Shown piece after piece: positions 1 to 9,749 of a stretch of DNA of 64,000 nucleotides. The notes below the pieces were generated by a model, which had not been told where the DNA came from, ran no database searches, and worked only from the letters and a program-made list of their open reading frames with translations. Source of the stretch: Rhodosorus marinus CCMP1338 (Eukaryota; Plantae; Rhodophyta); contig JAMWBK010000009.1 in the NCBI GenBank assembly GCA_029953675.1, forward strand, positions 124,001 through 188,000. Reading direction: 5' to 3'. A program made the translations under genes and the position numbers. Position 1 is the stretch's first letter. The number at the start of each line of letters is the position of its first letter.

Positions 1-589
1 ATCGTGTACCCTGAGCCAATCACGAAGGAGTGAGAGAGCAGAATCCTTGGACTCTGGTACGTATTAAAGCAGGCGAACGAGTTCCGGATCAGTTACTTGG
101 GATTAAGAAGGGCGTCTGAAAACACTTGGCAACGTACCGTCAACGAAGTACAGGGCTTCACAAAACCAGAGGATCTTGTGACCTTCCGTGACGACGTCCA
201 ACAACTGCAGATTCTGGGCAGACGGGTTATGCTCCTTCGCCAGTGCTTCAATGCACTCTTGGATCACTGCGCGATAGCTTTTGCTCTTTTCCGCGACGCT
301 CATGTCTGATGTGAAAATCAAATGTGCCTAGACATCATTCAACATGAATTCCAGAGAAGCGCTCCTCCGTCGTCAATAGGCAGCAAGTGCTACATCCTCT
401 TAGATAGACAGTCAATCTGGGTTTGGAACAAAAACCAACCTGATACTTCATGGACAGGATCGCCGATACATTCTGAGCTCGTGGGTCTAATATCCGAAAC
501 GGAACACCGTCTTCCGTATTCGAAGCTCCCACCGAAGATACCGCAATACTGCCGCCGGGAGCCCATGATATTGATCGCTGCGCTCCCAT
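1..589 (-). CDS. NUP85: Nucleoporin Nup85-like, N-terminal part; spliced, runs off the left edge
   Basis: ATG at 589 (MGAQRSISWAPGGS). Later exons give YRAVIQECIEAL...HKILWFCEALY and, after an intron, LSLLRDWLRVH, resembling the Nup85 LLDWVRLH region. An upstream exon is not excluded. Confidence 0.7.
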
Positions 590-1521
590 TTTTTAATATT
601 AATGACCATTTACTCTGCTCGGAATAACCAGTACAGAAGCTCAACCGGTTCCAAACTGCCCAATCCCGCCTGAACGCATACTCCAAACAACCTCGTCAAA
701 ACCGAATAGATCCTCACAGCCGAAAACCCATTAGTACACGAATATCTGGTACTATTCTTCACTCGCCCTTGAGCCAGTTCGCATTAGGGCTTCGGGTGCT
801 CACAGGTGCTTGGGAGCGTTGCCGTGACCGCCCTGATGCTCTTTCTGGACTGCATGCTTCTTTGAGTCTGAATCTCTGGTGCTGTAGCGCTGCTTTAGCT
901 CTGCAAGGCACGCTCTCTGCGCGCTTCCGAGCGTACCCCATTTGGGGACCTTAGCCTCCGACTAAAACGATCTGCATGAAGTTTCAAAGCCGGAGATGCG
1001 TTCAATTTGGGATTGGGTTCCCTCCAATGATAGGCTGTGGGGCAGCGTTCGACTTGCTATGCTGTTTTCGGTTGCCTTATTCTCCCTGACTGCTTGAGCA
1101 TCTGCTAGTCATGGACATCGCTCGTTTTTGAGTCGTCGGTGAGGTTGGAAGTCGAGTCGCTGAGCACAATGAGAATCCGCACTCGAGACGCGACGGTGGA
1201 TAATCGGAATGGTCAACTCTTGAAGACGGGCTCTGGCTGACTGAAAGTGGCATTTGGACGCTTGAGGAGAACATCGGCCAGGCTGAAGAAGGGGTGAGCA
1301 TCATTTGCTAAAGAACTGTGTCGTATCTTTCCCTATCGTTTTTGCAAATCTGGCCGATTTCTCGGACAAGGAATACGGTGGTTCACGCAGGAATGAGCCT
1401 TCAAAATCTTGCTCCGCTCATAGTTGATGACGTTCGATTCTTTTTAAAACGGGAGCGCGCTCTGCTTTGCCCCCTCGATAAACAATAGTATCTGGTTAAG
1501 CGCAAAGTATGGTCTCGCGCC

Positions 1522-2364
1522 TTAGCTAGCCTCCACCACCTCATATGGTTCAATTGTCAGCTCCCCAGAATTGATCTGTCCAATAATATCCTGCGGGGCC
1601 ATGCCGTTAACGGTGCATCCAACACTCCGGGCTGTTCCGAGCACTTCCTTCATTGTACCGGACATTTCCCTAGCCTGATCACCACAGAAAAATTCAAGAA
1701 AATGAATTGTGAGTTCCCAGGTTCCTTACTAAACGAAAACAAATGGGCAAAAGCCTACCCCCGATTTTGTTCGCAGCGCCTTCGCAATGTCAGTGATCTG
1801 ATCCAAAGTGAGATTGCCATCATGTGCGATGTCCTTGACCTTCTTTCGATCTCTCTCCGGCTCCTTCAAGGCTTTAATGATCATAGATGCGGCAGAGGGC
1901 TCCACAGTCACCTATGACGACAAAAGTTCAACATGAGTTTCATGCTCTCACCGGTCTCCAGACGCTTTACGGAGAAAAACTTCATCGAAGTAAAACAATG
2001 TAGCAGGTGGCCTTACCGTAGCCACACGGTTCTGAATCGACAGCTTGCACATCACCCTCAGACCCTTCCAGTCCTTGGTGGCCTTTGACAGTTGGTCACC
2101 AATCTTCTTTGGGGACTAGGGAAGCAAAATCATAACCAGAGCATGCAAGCAAACCGGTTAGCCGTGCATATACTGGACAACGAGAAGCGCACTGCCTCGC
2201 CCCTTAGCTAACTACACAAGGGATTTCCTGCTCTGTTTTTTTTTTAAGCTTACCAAACCAAGCGGACCAATCTTCGGCGCAAGCGAGGAGACCGCTCCTA
2301 CTTCGCCACCAACCGTTCGCACATACACAACGGTAACCGCTGTGGGATCAAACTTGGGACCCAT
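1522..2364 (-). CDS. RPL12: 60S ribosomal protein uL11 (L12), 4 exons
   Basis: Spliced product MGPKFDP...[19 protein letters not shown]|SPKKIG...WKGLRV...QNR|...[20 protein letters not shown]...|...LGTARSVGC; three GT-AG introns; TAA at 1522-1524. Confidence 0.97.
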
Positions 2365-2556
2365 ACTTAACTCCCTAATTCAGTTCTTACAACCACCTTT
2401 CCTCTCCCTCCGTTCTTCCAACCGGGTTACAAATCCCAACACGACTCGCTTCCTCACACACACACATTAAGCCTCTGCCCTCCTCTCACACACACAGAAG
2501 AGCTTAGCAAAATCCGGCCAAAACAATCATGCAACGACCGTTTCCAAATTTTCATC

Positions 2557-2582
2557 TTTTTTCGGTCATTTTCACGTCGACG
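2557..2582. promoter_or_regulatory. Putative cis element TTTTTTCGG-N8-ACGTCGACG upstream of RPL12
   Basis: Same two-part motif as upstream of RPS3A; function inferred only. Confidence 0.35.
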
Positions 2583-3404
2583 ACGACGGCTTTCTTAACC
2601 AAGATGTTAACCCACTGACTTAGCTATTTTGTCCAATTGTACGATAGCATGATATGTATTAAGATAATACAATTTTTTAACATATTACAGTATAAATAAG
2701 CCAATTATTTCTGTCTAAAGATGTTACACAGAAGCTGCACGAATAGTTTTCTTTAGTGACCTTAATATTTCTAGATTTGCTTTACATTTTAACGTGGTTT
2801 TTCATTGTCTCCGGTCAACAGAGGTTGGACATGAGAACTGTTCTTAGCTCTTGAGAGCATGTACTGCGCTCGTGCATGTATGAGAGGAGATCCAGGTTTG
2901 AATGATGAACGCATCGCCCTGCAGTGGTGCTCGTCGAGTCCACAAGACCTTGACTCCTGGAAAACTGCCTCCGTTTGCTCAGAGCCCATCTTGTCGACAC
3001 CGGAGAGACGTCAAAAAAAAACTAAAGCACTCGGAAGGTGTTCGATTCTGAAGCATCTGCGGACCAATTCCCATATGCTTCAAAACGATGAAAATTCAAT
3101 ATATCAATCAATATAGAATTTGCTCATAGCCCAATTGGAGTACGCCAAGAATTGACTGCATCGCGGTTTTTTTGAGAATACAATAAAACACATAGAGGAC
3201 AGCTGTGCACTGGCGCCGTCGGCGAGAAAAATGGGACTGAAAACCGGGCAATCGAAATTTATCCACTTCTAAATCAACAAGTGTCAGTATAAACCAATTA
3301 AAAAGGATAAGACTTGGTCATTGCTAAGAAAATTTCAGTTTTCAAGATCAAAAAGAAATTTCTAGTTTAAATCTATATTCGAAAGATTTCTCCGTAAAGT
3401 CGGC

Positions 3405-3425
3405 TTTTTTCGGCGACGTCGACGT
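3405..3425. promoter_or_regulatory. Putative cis element TTTTTTCGG-N2-ACGTCGACGT upstream of RPS3A
   Basis: Perfect 10-bp palindrome about 130 bp before the ATG; function inferred only. Confidence 0.35.
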
Positions 3426-3554
3426 GCGGGAAAATACCGCAGGTAGAGGACGATGGAGATGGAGGAGAGCCGTGAGGGCTGGGAAGGATTGGTCAGCAGG
3501 TGAAGACTTTCGGATAGTGGAGAACGAGCGTTGTTGGCGATAGTTAAGACCAAC

Positions 3555-4737
3555 ATGGTGAGTAGAGAGCATGAATGAATACAGTTTTGTAATTTGTTTT
3601 TGGTTTTGTTGTCATGATCGTTGGCTCAGGTGCTCTCTGCAAGGGGAGGGGTTGCCTTTGTTGGGGGACGGGTTTGCTGAGTTGGTCCTTATTTCTCGTT
3701 TGGTTCGTATAGGCTGTTGGAAAGAATAAGAGGCTTTCTAAGAAGGGAAAGGGAGCGAAGAAGAGGATTACGGATCCTTTCTTGAGAAAGGATTGGTATG
3801 ACGTGAAAGCACCTTCGAACTTTGTGAACCGCAATGTCGGCAAGACGCTTGTCTCGAAAACCCAGGGAACGAAGGTCGCTTCTGATGGTTTGAAGGGAAG
3901 AGTGTTCGAGTGTTCCCTAGCCGATCTTAACAAGGGTGAAGACTATGCATCTAGGAAGATCAAGTTGAAGTGCGAGGATATTCAGGGTACTTCGTGCCTG
4001 ACAGTCTTCCACGGAATGGATTTCTCCCGCCATCGCCATTGTGCGCTGATCAGGAAGCGTCAGACTCTTATTGAGGCTCACGTGGATGTGAAGACGTCAG
4101 ATGAGTAAGTGAATCTAAGAAACCACTGATGCGAGGGGTGAGAGCGCTACGACTTGACGGAAATTTGTTAACCCTGACCTTTACTTTGTTCTGTTCAGCT
4201 ATGCTTTGAGAATTTTCGTGATGGCTTTCACGAAGAAAGAGAAGCCACAGAGGCAGGACAAGCCCATGGGAACTGCGTACGCAAAGTCGTCCCAGGTGCA
4301 TCAAATTCGTAAGGAGATGGTGAACATTGTCAAGCAGGAGTCTACAGGCTGTGATATTAAGGAGCTCGTTAACAAGTTTATTCATCATGATTCGATCGCA
4401 AAGGAGATCGAGAAAACCTGTTCGAAGATCTATCGTCTGCATGAGGTTCACCTCCGCAAGGTAATGATCAACCCTGGAATCCTTCAAGGAGTTTTGTCTT
4501 GTTAAACCTATCCCTGAAAAATGCTTTTGACATGTTCTTGTTTCGTAGGTTAAGATTTTGAGGACACCGAAGATTGACATCACCAAGTTGATGGACTTGC
4601 ATGGAGGACCGGAGGGGCCAGTGGAAGTTGCTCCAGCAGGTGGAGAATGGGAGGATGTCGGTGAGAGCGTAGAAAGACCTGCTCAAGTTATTCCCGGAAT
4701 GGAGGAAGAGGCGCAGACTACTGCAGCTACAAATTAA
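3555..4737 (+). CDS. RPS3A: 40S ribosomal protein eS1 (S3a), divergent; 4 exons
   Basis: ATG 3555, intron 3558-3712, then [10 protein letters not shown]...KDWYDVKAP...[10 protein letters not shown]...[10 protein letters not shown]; intron 4105-4198 and a third intron after HLRK; TAA 4735-4737. Confidence 0.96.
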
Positions 4738-5070
4738 CTGTAGTTGCTTTGTTATCTTTGAACCCTAACATAAATGAACATGAGTTGATACACAATCGCC
4801 CGACTCAATATCTTTAGTTGCAGAGTATCCTACGAACTAGTTCCCAGGTGGAGCTTCTTCGGGTGGCAAATTGCTATAAACAAGAACATACATGAGCGTT
4901 GCCGAGCGAAGCTCCAAAATCGAGGATGTCAGACGACGAGAAAGGCGGTGGGGCACCTCAGTATCGTCCTGGCACAAGCTTGCGATCGAACAGAGAGTTG
5001 CCGGGGACAAAATTGAACTAAGTGGCCGCAGGTACTGGACAGATATTGCGACAGTATCCAGTTGCCCGAT

Positions 5071-5816
5071 CTACTCGAGGTTTCGAACCAGAGTATCAAC
5101 GTGGCTTTCGAATCGCCTCGATCGAACTGGTAACTCGAGGTCCAGGAAAGGATTCATCATGGCCTCCACCAACGAAGTCTGGATCCGGGACAAGACCTGT
5201 TCAATTTCATGAGCAACAGCGCACATCAATCAGGGGCAAAGCTTATGCGAGTGACGACTCCAGAGCAAAGCAGCTTACTAGCTTTACACGCGCGTATAAT
5301 GCTCCGGTGGGCATCATCAAAACGACTTTCAGGTCAGTTCGAGAGACTGCAGCAAACATGTCGACCTCATCAGTTGAATAGAAACAGCCCAAATAACCGG
5401 AACCATCGTTCGTCACGTCACGGTGCTTATTCACAGAATCTGATCACCGCAAAAGAGCGAAAGGGTGGCCTACCATCAGCCAAATCAAGCCCCCAATGCA
5501 TTGCCAAAAAAATGCAGCTTACTACTCACCCAACATATTCATGTAATCCAAAGAATCGAAGAGCAATCCCTCCACGTACTTCGAGAGGCCATCATCTTTA
5601 CATCCGCTCAAGTACGCACTTGCGTTTTCTTCGTAAATCTTCATGTACTTTGGGACATTCTACAAAACGCAGAAACAAAACATTGTGCAGAGACAGAAGT
5701 CAGCGGTTGTCCGTAAGGCTCACAATTCAAAATGAGAATACTCATACTTGACGAGAAATCACACAGACGCTTATAACTTTATGACCCTTTCTAGTGGGTT
5801 CTTTCTGTTCTTCCAT
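5071..5816 (-). CDS. TRAPPC2L: TRAPPC2L / Sedlin-family longin subunit of TRAPP, 4 exons
   Basis: Manual splicing gives MEEQ...VISVCVISRQ|NVPKYMKI...LLFDSLDYMNML|...GYLGCFYSTDEVDMFAAVSRTDLKVVLMM...|VLSRIQTSLVEAMMNPFLD...RRFESHVDTLVRNLE*, collinear with the TRAPPC2L pattern (YLGLLY, NPFY). Mostly invisible in the ORF track. Confidence 0.8.
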
Positions 5817-6849
5817 TTCTACTCTTACATCAGCAGGAGTCCCTCGGCATCCTCCTCATCAAGCACAATCGCCCCTCCAGCAGTGCCAAACAATCTTATG
5901 CAACCGCCTGCTTCAGCCAATGGATCAGTCCCTGGCCCGGGACGTTGGGAATGAAGTTAAAACTCTCAGGCTGACACTGCTAAGCATGCTTGCTAGAGAT
6001 TCTTTTTGCCGTTTTCAGGTTGAATTCAAATTGCTGGATTCAACGGCCGGATTGCCATTTTCAGCATCCCCTCGCCGTAGCAGAAGTAGCTGAAAAAAGT
6101 GAGCCGCGATGGCTTCTCGCCTAAAGAGGACACAGAAAAACAGGGAACGAAGGGTGCTTCGAGATAGTTGGATTGCGTTCTCTTGTTTTCTGAGACCCCT
6201 GAAGGCTTCGTATGTACACAACGTAAGGTTTCGAGTCGCGACTTGAGCTCAAGGGGGATCCAAATAGCTTGGCAAGTTTTTGCCTTTCTGCCATTTCTTG
6301 CAACGCAGTCTCCACAACAAATCTGATTGAGATTACGAAACTCTGGAACTAGTAGTTCATGAACTTTCATGAGCAAGAGTCACGCTCATAGCCCCTGGAT
6401 CTTCGTCATTCCCATCAGCTTCCCGGAAACAGACGCTTTGTAGATGCTTATGAATCGAACTTCGACAGATCGTGGACAGTTGCGGTGACAAAGAAAAGTT
6501 TCACAATATTTTTAAGTTCAAACGTCGCAAACCTTGCATGATACTGAGGACAATGAACTTGTCCTACAGATACGAACGAGTTTTCCACACCCACAATTCT
6601 TGGCATTTTAGTTCGCGCAAATCTGTGCTCAGTTTGAAGCCGACTGTACAAGCGCACCGCGTTGTCAACCTCGACAGAGCGTTTGCAGGAGTAGTAGTAA
6701 GTTCGTGGGAAAACGATGGCCACGGAAACTGGGGTACTCATATTCGAAGCTTGCTAAGCAAGCAAAGAACTTTGAAAGTAGATTCTGATGATCTTGAATT
6801 TCAACTCCAAACTTGAGATTGGGTTGTTGTTCGCGTGTTAGCGAGGACG

Positions 6850-8715
6850 ATGGAGGATGATCCTCCAAGCTTGCTGATCCTTGTCGTTGATCTGGACCCA
6901 CTGGCATGGGCTGTGGTTGATCACAGCCGGGTAATTTCTTTCCCAGGTCTCGTCTGCGGTGAAATGATGCCTCCCGGTGATTGTTCTGACTTTGCTTGTT
7001 TGCTGCATTTATCTTCAGGGAAAGCAATCTGGAGACTCTCTTACTACGTACTTGGAATCCGTTCTCATCTTCGTCGATTCGCATCTCCTTTTCAATGAAA
7101 GGAACCGGGTTGTGGTGTGTACTGCTGGCAAGGGCTCGATTTCCGGTTTTGTCTTACTATCCTCTCCGATTGGCTCACACTCTGGTTAAGTTGAACGGAC
7201 CCGTTCTTGTTCCCTAATCGCTGTTGAACTAGGTTATCGCGAGAGGCGTTGACTCTTGTAAGGTCCTTTACCCTTCCGAGGACGCATCGGAGGAGTTTCT
7301 AGTAAACATCGATGACAAGCCAGCATCGAAACCGCACGCAGTTGGACAACTGTTCAGAGAGCATGTTGTTAAAGAAGCCAAGTACTTCTTTAAAGACAAC
7401 GTCTCAAAGCTAATGGAGAAAGGTCAGTCCTCATTTTATAGGGCTTCCCTGTCGGACGTCAATCAATGTCTCTCAGTCTATCCAACCCACCGCCTTCCTT
7501 TTCCCCTTCTAGATCCCTTGGTAGGTCCTAGCAGTCTTGTGATCTCCTCTTGCATCAGCTTAGCTCTGTGCATCATCAACAGAATGCTGAAGAGATATTC
7601 TGAAACAGCAGCTGAAGGAGATGGTACAATGAGAAGCGGACCTTCGGTCGTACGTTGCTTAACTGTCCTCACGCAATTTTGTTTGCAGTAGCATGGAATC
7701 GATGTTTAAGCTATCTGATCCGATGAGACTAACATCATCCCAAGTGATAAATTTTTTTGGCGTTCGCTTCTGGAATTGCAGAGAGCTGGAGCACCTGAGA
7801 CAAGAATCCTGTGTACTGTCGCTGCCAAGGACTCGCCTAGTGACTACGTGCAGGTCATGAACTGCGCTTTTTCTGCTCAACGACTAGGTGTCGTCATCGA
7901 TGCTTTTATCTTTTCGGATATGGACTCTACCTTCCTTCAACAGGCTACCCATATTGCTGGAGGCCTCTACCTGAGGCCAGAGCTGTCGATCGTCGAGCAG
8001 CCTTCGGCGATGGTTAACTATCTTATCTATTCATTTCTTCCGGTGAGGAAAGCCTTTAAATAGCTTGGGAATCATTAGGGTACTTGTGCTATGCGCCACT
8101 TTCTGAATGAACTGCTTGTATAAAACCTTAGGCAAACTCAATGCGAGGTATTCTCCGTTTGCCGGCACGGCGGGAAGTTGACTTTCGGGCGTGTTGTTTC
8201 GCAACCAGAAAAGTTATCTCCCAGGGCTACACTTGCTCTGTTTGCCTCTCGACATTTAGTCATCCCCATAAAGTGTATGAACTCGAATATGCAAAAACTG
8301 GCAGAAAGAGAAACCGCAAACTTCTTTCCTTATGCCTCTTCAGTATCTGACATGTTGTGATTTGTGACACTACAGGTGCGATACTTGCGGTACTGAGTTC
8401 ATATCTCCCACTGAGAGCCGCTCTCGTGAAGGTTCTACGAATGCCGGATCAGAGGACGACCAGAACTCGGGCAGCGGCCCTCAGCTCAACAACCCGCGAG
8501 CCAAGACACGACCTCCCGGAATGGCGAGGCCGCCGGGAATGGCGAGGCCGCCGGGATTGGCGAGGCCACCGGGATTGGCGAGGCCACCGGGATTGGCGAA
8601 GCCGCCCGGACTGGCACGACCACCTGGACTAGCGAAACCACCCGGACTAGCAAAACCACCGCAGGCCCAGCGACCCGGTGGGAGGAAACCGGACGGATCC
8701 GGTTCCTCGAAATAG
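6850..8715 (+). CDS. GTF2H3: TFIIH subunit p34/Tfb4 (vWA + C4 zinc finger) with a C-terminal repeat tail
   Basis: MEDDPPSLLILVVDLDPLAW; YLESVLIFVDSHLLFNERNRVVV; ISLALCIINR; YVQVMNCAFSAQRLGVVID; FLQQATHIAGGLY; VDFRACCF...GYTCSVCLSTF..HK|VCDTCG, spliced in frame into the repeat exon that ends at TAG 8713-8715. Confidence 0.93.
8521..8664 (+). repeat. 8 x 18-bp coding tandem repeat, (M/L)A(R/K)PPG
   Basis: Units begin at 8521, 8539, 8557, 8575, 8593, 8611, 8629 and 8647 (e.g. atggcgaggccgccggga); variation is largely synonymous. Confidence 0.97.
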
Positions 8716-9749
8716 CTCTGGGTATGCACGAAGAGCCTGCGCAGTTCTCTCCTGACTCCTTTGTCGCCCTGAACATGATCAGGTGCGGCTAGAAGTACGA
8801 AGCTTGAACCTGTTCACCGATCGACGCCTGAGCAGTTGATCTAGTCGCATTCTTCTCCTGGCGACTATGTAAATTACATGCTCTATGTTCATACTCTCTT
8901 ACGTTGACTTATAAAACGTCCTCAACAAATCTGTCTCTAAGAGCTCGGAAGTTCCTCATTCAAGGTATTCAAGGTAGTAGGATTTCTAGTACAACCCATG
9001 GACCAAGCGAGAAGAATGTTGCTCGATCGTAACCAAAGCAGTTTTCTTGTGTCGTCCTCCAGGTTCACTCCAGCCCAAGGAGCCCAGTAGATTTGTTAGG
9101 ATTTGAGAGGTATCTCTGACCTGGCCTCCGCTGGTACAGACCTCTGTCCGATGCCTCAGAATCGAAGCCGGGTCTAGGGCTTCAACGTACACTCCAAACA
9201 TGAGAAAACCAAATCTCCACGAAATACAGTGTGGGCATATCCATTCAGGCAACGGATCACTCAGTCACGCTTCAAGTAACTCAGCGGCTCTGCACCATGC
9301 CAAAGTCCCGTCTCAGTAACCCGAGCTCGAATGCCGGGAAGTAGGGGTTTCAAAGATGTATACACTAATTTCATGCTGGAACTCATCTTTTCAACGTCCA
9401 TTTGATGAGCTCTGAATTAGAACCATGCACTAATTCTAGAAATATTATTCTAATTTTAGTCCGATTTTGAGAAGATTTTTTTCACAAATGTAAATTTCAA
9501 AATTCGAATGTATAGCCTCGATATTTCTCAGCATTTCTTGATAGGGTATTTCTAGCCGTTAAAAAAAATGCTCAGCGTCCACTGTGACAAGCTTGGGGGT
9601 TAGTGAAAGAAGAGCTGTCCTCAAGGCAGTAAACCAGAGGAACGTGGGATGGGCGTGTGAGCATGAATGTCAAACTTTGAGAAGTGACAGACGCGTTGAG
9701 AGAGGAAACATACACGACTCGTAAAAGGGCTGGCATCGATCACGGGAAG

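Noticed and set aside
4892-5954. Plus-strand ORFs of 68-180 aa
   Set aside because: Shadows of the minus-strand TRAPPC2L gene and its flanks.
5950-6830. Unassigned open segments between TRAPPC2L and Tfb4
   Set aside because: Could hold a small spliced gene, but I could not derive a consistent model on either strand.
6665-7700. Minus-strand ORFs of 139 and 64 aa
   Set aside because: Antisense shadows of Tfb4 exons.
8357-8776. ORFs with GGLANP, AASPIPV and WRGHRD repeats; possible CRISPR-like array
   Set aside because: These are alternative frames and strands of the Tfb4 repeat; only the + frame shows synonymous variation. Units are contiguous with no spacers.
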